Positions 29,572 to 39,434 of a DNA stretch of 64,000 nt are shown here, one piece after another. The notes below the pieces were generated by a model. That model saw nothing but the letters and a program-made list of their open reading frames with translations. It made no database searches and was not told the DNA's origin. The position numbers were made by a program, and so were the translations under genes. The DNA comes from an uncultured virus (IMG/VR IMGVR_UViG_3300020189_000007) (lineage: Duplodnaviria; Heunggongvirae; Uroviricota; Caudoviricetes), in the IMG/VR virus record IMGVR_UViG_3300020189_000007. One strand, 5' to 3'. Positions within the stretch are counted from its first letter, which is position 1; the number at the start of each line of letters is the position of its first letter.

Positions 29572-32006
29572 TAAAAGTCCAGCTTTATCCTAATCACAAA
29601 CTTATCATTCTCTCTCTTGACTAAAGCTTGAGAGAAATTTGTCTTACTTATAATATTAAGATTTTCGTCATGTAAGTTAACGTTAGTGATATAGCAAAAC
29701 TTTGTGCCCTCATCAGCAGGCTGATCCGTGGGGTCTAATTGCAGGAACGAAGGATTCGTAGAAAGATCTAGATCACCACGATCTGCAGGTACATCTATAC
29801 GCAAAACGTGAATGTTTTGTTGACCATCAAAAGATACCTCAAACTGATCAGCGCCGAAACGTGGAATGAGGGGTGTCTGTACTGTTGCAATACCTTCTTC
29901 ATATAAAAGGGCGCCGACAGGATTCCACTTTGCTCTTGGAGTATCACAGTCGGCCCTGTATAGGCTCCCGCTGTGATCGTTAAGTGTTATGGCAACTCTA
30001 CCGCCGGAGCCTGTTATAGACGAATCTGTCAACACATACGTACCAGGATCAATCTTATTTCCGTAGAACAGATTACTAGCATCAAAAATTGTGATTTCAT
30101 TTGATGAAGGGTCTCGAGTTCTATTATAGATCGTCAATATTGAGCCAGCTGGAACACTTGGGTCATCAGGAGTGGCTCCTTGTAGGCTTTCAGATATACT
30201 ACCTTCTGTCTCTGTACCTAACAATCCTCTACCAACCGATGCCGTTGGCAGCAATTCAGACAAGTTGACAAGCATTAGATTTTTAGAGCCAGAATCATCC
30301 TTATACAAAGACAGTGAACCCGTCAGTCCGGGATCCGTTATACCCTCCTCAAGAAGCCCAAAGTTTGGTATAAATAAACCGTTGTCGTTTGGAAGAATCG
30401 TCAGGTTTCTCTTTCTAACGCTACCTGTTGTGAACAAGAAATTATTTGCAGTTGACCACCCAGTCGAATCGTCTATTGTTGATCCAGACAACGCGAATAA
30501 TCGAGGCCACACACCTTCTACGAATTCTTTGGTAAAGTTTTCTAAGTTTAGATAGTGTCCGCCGACGCCGAATGATAGGGGAACGTTAAACGGGTCGTCA
30601 GTAGATCCCCTAGCAGTCTGGAATGGCGTTTGCAAAACATCACGCTCTGCTGTGTCTTTTACGAAGAAGGGAGGAAGATAGAAGAGAAGCCCTGATGACT
30701 TTTCACTCTCCAAGCTCGTAAATCCGTTCTGGCGAGCTTCATCAATCTCAAAGTCTGTACGATACTTGTTATAGATCTTTACCTCATGAACTTCTGCGTT
30801 CAAGGGGTGAGTGAAAGAAAAGATATCTGGTTCACCGGGCTTGTCAGCAGGATTAGTTTCATGTGTGATAGTCGGACCGTAGTAATTCATTATTCCGTCA
30901 GAGTAAGCAACATCCGGATTAAAGAACTGTGAAGTGTAGTCTTCAGTTGTGCCTCCATCTGAATTAGGACCGACATAAAAGTTACCAACAAATAAAGCGT
31001 CTGGTGGGCCTAAGCCAGACAGAGAAGGTAGCCCTCTATCTACAGTACTCGGTAGCTCACGCTGTAGATAACTACCACTCAATGCGGAAGTGGGAATATC
31101 AAAAGTTCCCTTAGTCTCACCGTCGATGATGAAGGAACCTGTGGAGTTCTGAGTATTATTGTCCCACCGAATGCAACAGTGGTGCCAGCGATTTCTAGTA
31201 AGTGAATTATCTGACGACGAAAATATGAAGTCATAAGGTTCAGTACGAGTTGAGTCGTTTAGAGTTAAACTACACTCTGATGGCGGTATCTCTGCAGAAT
31301 GACTCAACTGTAACATCAGTCTGAAGCCATCCACAAAGCCATTAGAATCCCTTGAGCTTCCAGAGACAAGGGAAACAGCATACGAACTAGAAAGATGCAA
31401 CAGAGTGCCGGCTGGAAACTCTCCATGACGTGTGAATTCATGATACCGGGGGTTGATATAAAACTCAAACGAGAATGATCCAGTAGGTCTATATTTGTAT
31501 GACCCTGTTGCGGGATATATCAATACCGCGTCTTCAGGTACCGTATCATCTTGTGTTGAGAAAAAGTTTAGGGTGTTATAGTTCGTGAATGCCCAGTTAC
31601 AAGCCTTACCATATCTAATTCTATAGAACGGATACAAGACGTCCTTGATGACGCACTTTCTTATCGTATCGCTAGTAAAGCGGAATGAAGGTTCGAATCG
31701 AAAGACTTCGACCTTCTTGTTGAGTCGAGCGTTGGCTGTCTCTGCATTCACGGCAGTCAAGTATTCTTCTAAAGAATTCTTGTTAACTCCCGTCTTTATT
31801 ATATCTTGTCGTAACGACTCAGCTGTTTCATCATCTACAAGGTCATCAGAAAAAGAAAGAACCACCTCTTTCATCTGCACGGATGCGCCGGGATACACAG
31901 GTATCGATCCCGTGACACCACTACTGGATGATGAAAAGGTTCTCTTAGGTTTCGCTAAGACCTTGAAAGAATCGAAATAGCTTTTGTCCAGCTTGAAAAG
32001 GGACAC
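29571..32006 (-). CDS. Virion structural protein with LamG-like domain (baseplate region)
   Basis: FSFEFYINP, RWHHCCIRWD and HEVKIYNK resemble LamG patterns. The C-terminus (..IRIKLDF) is paralogous to 32019-33299. Confidence 0.65.
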   Translation of the reverse strand: MSLFKLDKSYFDSFKVLAKPKRTFSSSSSGVTGSIPVYPGASVQMKEVVLSFSDDLVDDETAESLRQDIIKTGVNKNSLEEYLTAVNAETANARLNKKVEVFRFEPSFRFTSDTIRKCVIKDVLYPFYRIRYGKACNWAFTNYNTLNFFSTQDDTVPEDAVLIYPATGSYKYRPTGSFSFEFYINPRYHEFTRHGEFPAGTLLHLSSSYAVSLVSGSSRDSNGFVDGFRLMLQLSHSAEIPPSECSLTLNDSTRTEPYDFIFSSSDNSLTRNRWHHCCIRWDNNTQNSTGSFIIDGETKGTFDIPTSALSGSYLQRELPSTVDRGLPSLSGLGPPDALFVGNFYVGPNSDGGTTEDYTSQFFNPDVAYSDGIMNYYGPTITHETNPADKPGEPDIFSFTHPLNAEVHEVKIYNKYRTDFEIDEARQNGFTSLESEKSSGLLFYLPPFFVKDTAERDVLQTPFQTARGSTDDPFNVPLSFGVGGHYLNLENFTKEFVEGVWPRLFALSGSTIDDSTGWSTANNFLFTTGSVRKRNLTILPNDNGLFIPNFGLLEEGITDPGLTGSLSLYKDDSGSKNLMLVNLSELLPTASVGRGLLGTETEGSISESLQGATPDDPSVPAGSILTIYNRTRDPSSNEITIFDASNLFYGNKIDPGTYVLTDSSITGSGGRVAITLNDHSGSLYRADCDTPRAKWNPVGALLYEEGIATVQTPLIPRFGADQFEVSFDGQQNIHVLRIDVPADRGDLDLSTNPSFLQLDPTDQPADEGTKFCYITNVNLHDENLNIISKTNFSQALVKRENDKFVIRIKLDF

Positions 32007-32018
32007 TCGGACCCCCTA

Positions 32019-33299
32019 CTAGAAATCGAGTCGCACTCGAACAGTCAAATCCTTCTCATCATTCTTCTCAATAGGGCGAGAAAGCTTTGCGACGGCTAGT
32101 AGATTGTCATTCACATCGTATAGACCAACAGTCGTAATGTACGTGAATGAGCGTTGCACGTCTTCTTGTCCTTCTTCAATCACTCTGATCCTGTTATCAG
32201 AATCGGTGTATGTTGGGTTAGAAGAATAGTTGAATTCGTCTGCTGTCGCTCTGCAGAAGATAAGAGTAGAATTGATGTTTGTATTGTTTTGGAACGTCGC
32301 AGCTGTCAATGAACCTGACGAAAATCTAGTCATACTAAGGTGATCAACAATATCATCAATGCTAGCAGATGTCATTAAGTCAGGAACCAACTTGGTCGCG
32401 CCAACGCCGGCGCTGAACGAAGATAGTCCCATTATTTCCTTGCCATACGGCACATCTAGATTGTCCGCGCTAGAAGCTGCAACCATGGCAGAGATCGCGC
32501 CTGAGAGATACTGGTCTCCTGCAACTGCTCTTAATTGTGAGGCAGCGCTTCCTCGACCACCAAGGTTGAGAACGACTGTTCCGGCATCGTAAAAAACAAG
32601 CCCTACGTGCTTAGATGAGTCGGTGGAATCGACAAGGTTACCAACCTCCCCGCCGAAAGTTCGGCGTCTGTTAGTCGATGATCCGAAATCTGTAAAGATA
32701 CTGGCAGACCCGGTCGCTGTTTGAAATAGATTTTGCTCACCGGTGACTGCATAACTCCTGTTCGTTTCATCAGCTCCATTCGCGAATTGATACATCTTCA
32801 TTGCGAACGTTTCTCGCTTGATCTTGTCTCTTGTAAACAGGCGTTTGAAAGATATAAACGCGGCGTTGTCTACCTGGTCATCGGTGTTCGTGGATCCGTA
32901 AGGCGTAGAGAATGATAGAGAAGAATCGCCTAGCAGATTGGCGGCATACTGTCGATATACATCAACCTTTTCTCTCATCATCAAAGACTGAGACGGGAAA
33001 AGAAGTTTACCATTTGAGTCAGTACCTGTTGAAGAACTGAGAACTGTAGCCCCAGATTCGTAGACACCAACCGTCATGTCAAAAAGCGGATTTGCTGTCT
33101 GTAAGGTAAAATCTTGATCATATACTGTTTGGTACAAAGATGATGTTACACCAGGACCAACGCCACCTGTCACGAACTGTTGGTATGACTTCCTTGTCGC
33201 AGAACCTGATATATCTTCTTGAATAACATCGACCAGTTGGTTCAGGACAGAACGTGATGTCTTTACGTCCGCTGCTGATATTTCTTTAAACGTTGCCAC
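32019..33299 (-). CDS. Baseplate / fibre-attachment structural protein
   Basis: C-terminal YITTVGLYDVNDNLLAVAKLSRPIEK...RVRLDF. GTG start. Confidence 0.65.
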   Translation of the reverse strand: MATFKEISAADVKTSRSVLNQLVDVIQEDISGSATRKSYQQFVTGGVGPGVTSSLYQTVYDQDFTLQTANPLFDMTVGVYESGATVLSSSTGTDSNGKLLFPSQSLMMREKVDVYRQYAANLLGDSSLSFSTPYGSTNTDDQVDNAAFISFKRLFTRDKIKRETFAMKMYQFANGADETNRSYAVTGEQNLFQTATGSASIFTDFGSSTNRRRTFGGEVGNLVDSTDSSKHVGLVFYDAGTVVLNLGGRGSAASQLRAVAGDQYLSGAISAMVAASSADNLDVPYGKEIMGLSSFSAGVGATKLVPDLMTSASIDDIVDHLSMTRFSSGSLTAATFQNNTNINSTLIFCRATADEFNYSSNPTYTDSDNRIRVIEEGQEDVQRSFTYITTVGLYDVNDNLLAVAKLSRPIEKNDEKDLTVRVRLDF

Positions 33300-33306
33300 T
33301 TTTTCC

Positions 33307-34014
33307 TCACTTCTCTATTGTAGCCGTCAATTGGACTACGACGCCAGACTGTACACCTGTTGCTGAAAATGTAGTGGAAATTTGATTTTTGTTATCAGCA
33401 TCACCATAATAGGTAAACACACTATCTGATATAGAGCGCGTCTTAATTTCTAATGTCAATGTAGAGCCGCCGGCGGCTGTTGTCGCCGAGTCACGGGTAA
33501 CGATATACGTTGCAATTTCTTCTGAATCGATAGAGTCAGGTGTCTCACCCCCGCCGAGCTCCAGAAATCGATAGGGCAGCTTAACGAGGAATGTTTGATC
33601 TCTCAATTCTGGTTCAATGGTATTCTCATCAGCGAGAGCTTGGGTGAACACAATCGTTTGAGTAGCATTAGCTCCAGATCTCTTAAACGCAAGATTCGTC
33701 CCGGTCAATCCAGAAGAAGTGTAGGTAACGGTCGGTAGCTTGTAAAGAGTTGGATTAGACAAACTTATAAGTTTGTGCTTAAGCGCAAAGTTTTGGTTCG
33801 TCTGTGCCTCAAACACTGGTGTGTTTAATTCTATCTTTTGTTTACCGACAGTCCGACCAAACTTTTCTATGAGTGTATAATCAACTTCATCATCACCAAA
33901 AGCGAACTTCACAATCGAAAAGCTGCCGTCATTTCTGGCTAAGAGCTCTCTTCCATAGTCTGTTAGCACTGCATCAACGATTATGTTGTTAGTACTGTTA
34001 TCCAAAAAACCCAT
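33307..34014 (-). CDS. Baseplate-region structural protein
   Basis: VDAVLTDYGRELLA...KFAFGDDEVDY. GGAGG SD and ATATTTA motif upstream. Confidence 0.65.
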   Translation of the reverse strand: MGFLDNSTNNIIVDAVLTDYGRELLARNDGSFSIVKFAFGDDEVDYTLIEKFGRTVGKQKIELNTPVFEAQTNQNFALKHKLISLSNPTLYKLPTVTYTSSGLTGTNLAFKRSGANATQTIVFTQALADENTIEPELRDQTFLVKLPYRFLELGGGETPDSIDSEEIATYIVTRDSATTAAGGSTLTLEIKTRSISDSVFTYYGDADNKNQISTTFSATGVQSGVVVQLTATIEK

Positions 34015-34066
34015 CTAATTTCCTCCTGAACCATTGTTAAATATATCGCCCGGAAAACAACATAAA

Positions 34067-35869
34067 CTATTCGTCATCATCTTCTCCAGCTACTTCCGAC
34101 GCAGCCACGACTGATTGGTACACTTCATCGTTTATTGTTACTTCCAGTTTCTTTTCTAAAAGTCTATCTGTATTCATAAATTGAAACACATACTTTGAAA
34201 GAGGATCAATGGTCGTCGAATAAAACGCCGGGAAAGATTCTCCATTTCCCTTTACAACGGTATATGCTTCAGGGTTAAAGTAAATATTAACTTTCTCATG
34301 AGAAGAGTCCTTCATAGAGTCAACGAAAAAGTTTTCTTTAATCATCCAGTTTGGGTACTGCTTTGGCGCGCCGGCATAACTGACTAACTCTTTCTTGACT
34401 TTATTCTTTTGACTATCAAATGTCACTTTAACTTGTGTAGAGTACGGCGAGCTGATTAATCTGGCGTCCACTGCGACTAACGCGTAAATGTAAGAGCTCT
34501 CTCTTCCAAACTCGGTATCTATAAAATATGTAGGCATTGACGAATATGCAGAAGTTAAACTTTCATCAATACTCTCTATCGGCTTGTTCCTTATGATCGA
34601 ATCATCAAAATCGAGGTTTGCTATTAGCTCGAATGCTTCATCAACGCTGCTTCTTCGATATATTTGAATATATTTCACATCGCGCTGTGGGTTTACTGGA
34701 GGCGCCCAAGTAACATAAAGATCTTCAGAGCTGTAGTCGAAGTGATAGTTGATGTCTTGCGGCGGCTCTGGGGCGCGGGCCTCTGTGATTTTTGCTCGTA
34801 CGGGAGATGAAGGCTTTGAGGCAATGAACATAGTTTGTATGTACGTACGACCATCATCAGAAGTCACCGGTATTTTTACTTTTGCCAAAGTTGTCGCTAT
34901 ATACTCGTATGTCTGCCCATATGCAACTTGGGAATCATAAGCAGCGGATGGACTGTTTCCCATTGCTAGCACCACAGGCATTGGATACCGTTTTCCCTTG
35001 TACACTCTATATTTTTCAAACATGACGCCTATGACAGAAGCTTCAGGTACGAATGACTCTTCGTCACTTTTTGTTATATCAGCAGATGGGACATCAAATA
35101 CTCCCTCATCTTCTGTTACAAAAAAGTCGGTAGGGTGGGTCATAGATTGTGAATACTCGGAATATCTACTTATCAGCGCGTCGTTGTATAGTGACGCTCC
35201 TTGTTCTAAAGCCGGCTTAATAGCCATCGTAGCATACCCTGTGTTTAGAGCTAATGCGGACTTGACCTTCTTTTCCTTAGTGACAAATTTGACAAACTGT
35301 TTGTTATCAGGTCTTTCGTTCAGAGAAGGAGGAACCATGTTCGAAGATAGATAGCTTGAGTTGACTTTAGTCTTTGCAGCAAGAAGCCTTACAGCATCCT
35401 GCACACTCGACTCTTCAACAGCTGCTGAATATCTATTTAAAGCTAGTCTCATGAAACTTTCGAGCGCGGAGTCTAGCGACTGGTTGCCGATGACAGAAGA
35501 CTTAAGACGTTGAGCGGACACATCTTCCTCTGTAATAATAAGACCATTATTAAGAGCTTCTAGCACTTCCTCTCTGGTTGACTTAAGGGAAGAAGATCGA
35601 CTCTGGCGGCCCATCATTTTTTTCTTACTATCAGATACCGAAAATTTTAGTTCAACATAACGCGGGACACGAGCGTTCAAGTTTGTCTTGTCGGCGGTTC
35701 CTTTTCGTAGGAACCTCTCAGAAAGATTTCCATTTATAGCCTCGTTACCAGACTCATCGACTTTCTCGTCAGGCGTAAAAAAATTGTAAGAAAAAGTTAT
35801 AGATAACGAATTAACTTCTGGCACATCAAAAAGGTTAAGCGGCTTACTTGGTATTGATTCGAAACTCAA
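34067..35869 (-). CDS. Structural protein with FN3/Ig-like domain(s)
   Basis: PEPPQDI...VTWAPP...IQIYRR...YIYALVAVD pattern. TTG start. Confidence 0.6.
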   Translation of the reverse strand: MSFESIPSKPLNLFDVPEVNSLSITFSYNFFTPDEKVDESGNEAINGNLSERFLRKGTADKTNLNARVPRYVELKFSVSDSKKKMMGRQSRSSSLKSTREEVLEALNNGLIITEEDVSAQRLKSSVIGNQSLDSALESFMRLALNRYSAAVEESSVQDAVRLLAAKTKVNSSYLSSNMVPPSLNERPDNKQFVKFVTKEKKVKSALALNTGYATMAIKPALEQGASLYNDALISRYSEYSQSMTHPTDFFVTEDEGVFDVPSADITKSDEESFVPEASVIGVMFEKYRVYKGKRYPMPVVLAMGNSPSAAYDSQVAYGQTYEYIATTLAKVKIPVTSDDGRTYIQTMFIASKPSSPVRAKITEARAPEPPQDINYHFDYSSEDLYVTWAPPVNPQRDVKYIQIYRRSSVDEAFELIANLDFDDSIIRNKPIESIDESLTSAYSSMPTYFIDTEFGRESSYIYALVAVDARLISSPYSTQVKVTFDSQKNKVKKELVSYAGAPKQYPNWMIKENFFVDSMKDSSHEKVNIYFNPEAYTVVKGNGESFPAFYSTTIDPLSKYVFQFMNTDRLLEKKLEVTINDEVYQSVVAASEVAGEDDDE

Positions 35870-35870
35870 A

Positions 35871-38800
35871 CTACACCTCTCTTCCTACTTTTAGTGACAC
35901 TCTGTAAGTATACATATCAACGCCTTGAGACGTCTCTAGACCTATCCCAACCTCATCTTGTGATGTCAGCCTTGCTTGTATTGCAGCGGATTCTTGAGAT
36001 GATTGCTCATCATCGACATCGTCGTCTAAGTCTAGTTCGAAGGTAGAGTCATCAATAGGAACGCAGATAACTTTCTCAAACAGTACACCCTTGTTAAGTC
36101 TGGTTTGCTCGAACTCTGGAATAAATCTTACACCGTAAGAATTCAAAAACTCGAAAGCAGAGTATTCATAATGGTCTTCCATTCTCACCTTATCAATGTC
36201 TATTGAGCCTTCGGAATAAAAGGCCATATCTGACACACTTCTTGAAAGTGGATCGAAAGCAAGATTTGAAGCAGACAAAAACTCGACTGTTGTGGTATCA
36301 ACATATCTCAGCGCTGGCACGTCTATTTTATTACTCTGACTTCTCTCTCCAGCTGTAAAAGAACTCTCAAAAAAATTAGCGTCAAGTTGTAGTTCTGCGT
36401 ACTGTTTAAGAGCAAAGTCAGTTAAATGATTTTTCACGATATCATCACCGTACATTCTTTGTGCATGATATCTCCAAATTTTCGCGCACGAGAAATTGTT
36501 ATCTACATTCAGGAACGCCAGGTAAGGATCAGCTCCTATACAGAATAAGTTTCTTGAAAACTCAAACTCCTTATCCTTGTATTTAATATCAGGATCTGTC
36601 AGGTCGACTTTCTCTATCAGAATAGAGAAGACACTGTCATCTACATTTTGAGCAGCAGATGATGAAACATCTTCTATTTCAGCTGGCTCGTATCTGGTCT
36701 TTTCTATCAGACCCGCAGGTATACCAATACATAAGACTCTTTGTTTCTTTTGCTCTATAGATAATAAAGAGCGAAAACCATCTTTACTTGTGGTCTTATT
36801 TTTCACTTTGACGTTATTATACATCATGTCACTAGCGTTCAGAAAATAGGGATACGTTTTCATAAGCTTGGTGAGGTCAGAAGAAGGAGTCACTGAACCG
36901 AGATATTCTGATAACTTCTTTCCGTCTATCTCTGCGCTAAGAGCATCTCTCAATGAACCAAAACTATTATTTACATTTGAAAAGAATGTAGCTAAAGATG
37001 ATGCAAACGTACGCAAAAACTCTTCTTCTTCGGCTAGCGATGATATAATCGAAGCCAACGTCGGATATGTGTCTATTATGTCAGATGTATCACGCTCGTC
37101 AGAGCTCAAAAACTCGCTTAATTCTCTCAAGTCGGTAGAGTAAGAAGATGATACTTTCACTTTAGTTCTTTCACCAGAAGAAGTCGAGGACTTACTCACC
37201 CCGGGAGCTTTGATTCTTGCATACATCGAAGACCCGGTGGTGATTGAGGCACGAGGACCAACAATCAGCTTAGCAAGCTTACAACATATCGAGATGAAAA
37301 AGACGCTAAAGGCGCTTTCGTTGTACCTATTGAGTATTGATTTAGACTCCACAAAGACTTTCGGGTCTTCGTCATCTATCTTAGACATACCCTGCGTTAC
37401 AATCTGGCTATAGTTCATCATTGACTCAAATATAGCATTCGTCAAATCTGTCAGAGCAGACTTTACAATATCTTCGTCTATGGATAACGTCTTCGATGGA
37501 TCAACAGAAAACCTTACACTGTTATAGGAAAATCTTCTTGAAAGTTTTTTAGCAAGTCTAGCTGCTACTTCCTCAAACGTCAGATCGTAGATTGACTCTA
37601 GGGTACCGGAGTCGGAGCTAGAAACTCTGTCTTGGGTTGTTATCTGTGATCTTTTTTCTGGTGATACAAACGTCTTGGTACCGGAAGACTCTCCAGGTGG
37701 AGGGGAAACAGACACTTTTCTTGGGTTTGACGTTAATGTAGTTTTTTTCCTTCCGGAACCGGCGCTTGCAAGCTTTTTTCTTAGCCTTTTTGAACGACGC
37801 AACACTGTTGCTGGACCCGGTAACGGATCACCTACACCGTCGTAGTCTTGAATTTTCTCCTGACGAAACGCCAAGTACATCATGAATTCATCAAGTATGT
37901 CTTTACTTTCGGCTGCTTCAACCATTGCTTGGAGACCTACCATGAACTTCGTAAAATTAGGAGCAACGGCCGCAGACAGACTCATCCAACCAAGGATACC
38001 AGTCAAGAAACTAACGGCATAAGAATCGCCGGTTCCTATACTGGAAGTGTCGAACAGCGAAGTGATTTGTGAACTCACACGGCTCAAGCCATCAGACGTG
38101 GCTTCATATGGGGTTTCATATTCTGCTATTTCGCCGTTCTCATTAACACCATAATAAACCACTCCAGAAGTATTGGAGGCTCTTTCAGCGAAATCAAAAC
38201 TCGTGAGTGTTTTCGTACCATCTGCTGTTATTATTTGAGACGGTTCAAAAGGATAATTGTACGTCTTTCTATTCGTTTCCGGGTCTTTACCAGAAAAGCA
38301 TATTCCGTGTGCAGTCTTTCGTGTAAAGTTTCCGTTCGCTGTAACACGAGAAGGTTTCTTGATAGCGTTTTTATCTTCTTTTGTCATTAGAAGATTTCTC
38401 GCCCACAAGCTCGTGACTTCTATATTGTTTGTTGTAGCATCGTCACTGTTGTATTTCAGAGTGTTATATGAAAGAAGTGCCTCTTTCGATAACAAAGAAA
38501 GCATGCACTTAAGAGATATTTCTATATCATCATCATCGGCATCCACGAATAAATCATAACACTGACTGTCAGAACCCTTAAGCGCGGCAACATACGATTC
38601 TATTTTTTCATCCTTAGAAGAAACAAGCGATGTTCCTTGCTCTATAGCACGGTCTGAACTTTCATCTAGACGAGCCGATCCTGCCTTTAAAGCCCTATTA
38701 TACTCTATCATCAGTGTGTACAAGATTTCGGTATAGCTTGCACCGTCTTCTACTGTCAGTCCAAAGGCAGTTAGCGCTTCTTCATATAGAGAGATATTTG

Positions 38801-39434
38801 ACGGATTTAAGTTTGATCTAAACAACTCGCTTGACTTGGAATATTCTTCTAGCGCGGCGACTAACGGGACTTCAGAAAAACTAGTATCGTTAATAGAGAT
38901 GCTTACCTGTTTGTCTACCTTTAGTTGTCTGACTGCCCTCTTAAGGCGTAGAAGATTACCAGCAGGAGTCCATCCAGAGCCATCGCGGATAGGCTCAAAA
39001 TCAAAAGCACCAAGAAGTACGGGTCGTACTATCTTAACATCACTTTTGTTTGTGGTGTTAAAAGCTTTCTTCATTTGTCCTCTCGGTGAACCCACGAACT
39101 CTAGCTTTTGAACCTCTTTCTTTGGTGATGAAGCCTTCTGTCTGTCTAGAAGATTAGAGACATTCTTCTCTTGTCTTCTTAAGTTAGCTCTATCTTGTAC
39201 TCTAGAACTTTGACTGGACTTTGCTCTATCAACAACCCGATTTGTCTTAAGCTTCTTTCGGCGTTCACGGCGTGACTTAGCGACAGTCTCTTCTTGGTCT
39301 TGTTCTGTCGACACTTCTGCTACGTCTTGAATGACCTGATTTTCATTCAGCAACAGCTCTTCTAAGGTCACAGGAGCAGTAGAGCCTTTCGCAGGATTGT
39401 CTTTAGTTTTTAGATCTTTTAATAAATCAGACAT
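35871..39434 (-). CDS. Large hypothetical protein (1187 aa)
   Basis: Long ORF with TAATG overlap. No motif recognised. Confidence 0.75.
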   Translation of the reverse strand: MSDLLKDLKTKDNPAKGSTAPVTLEELLLNENQVIQDVAEVSTEQDQEETVAKSRRERRKKLKTNRVVDRAKSSQSSRVQDRANLRRQEKNVSNLLDRQKASSPKKEVQKLEFVGSPRGQMKKAFNTTNKSDVKIVRPVLLGAFDFEPIRDGSGWTPAGNLLRLKRAVRQLKVDKQVSISINDTSFSEVPLVAALEEYSKSSELFRSNLNPSNISLYEEALTAFGLTVEDGASYTEILYTLMIEYNRALKAGSARLDESSDRAIEQGTSLVSSKDEKIESYVAALKGSDSQCYDLFVDADDDDIEISLKCMLSLLSKEALLSYNTLKYNSDDATTNNIEVTSLWARNLLMTKEDKNAIKKPSRVTANGNFTRKTAHGICFSGKDPETNRKTYNYPFEPSQIITADGTKTLTSFDFAERASNTSGVVYYGVNENGEIAEYETPYEATSDGLSRVSSQITSLFDTSSIGTGDSYAVSFLTGILGWMSLSAAVAPNFTKFMVGLQAMVEAAESKDILDEFMMYLAFRQEKIQDYDGVGDPLPGPATVLRRSKRLRKKLASAGSGRKKTTLTSNPRKVSVSPPPGESSGTKTFVSPEKRSQITTQDRVSSSDSGTLESIYDLTFEEVAARLAKKLSRRFSYNSVRFSVDPSKTLSIDEDIVKSALTDLTNAIFESMMNYSQIVTQGMSKIDDEDPKVFVESKSILNRYNESAFSVFFISICCKLAKLIVGPRASITTGSSMYARIKAPGVSKSSTSSGERTKVKVSSSYSTDLRELSEFLSSDERDTSDIIDTYPTLASIISSLAEEEEFLRTFASSLATFFSNVNNSFGSLRDALSAEIDGKKLSEYLGSVTPSSDLTKLMKTYPYFLNASDMMYNNVKVKNKTTSKDGFRSLLSIEQKKQRVLCIGIPAGLIEKTRYEPAEIEDVSSSAAQNVDDSVFSILIEKVDLTDPDIKYKDKEFEFSRNLFCIGADPYLAFLNVDNNFSCAKIWRYHAQRMYGDDIVKNHLTDFALKQYAELQLDANFFESSFTAGERSQSNKIDVPALRYVDTTTVEFLSASNLAFDPLSRSVSDMAFYSEGSIDIDKVRMEDHYEYSAFEFLNSYGVRFIPEFEQTRLNKGVLFEKVICVPIDDSTFELDLDDDVDDEQSSQESAAIQARLTSQDEVGIGLETSQGVDMYTYRVSLKVGREV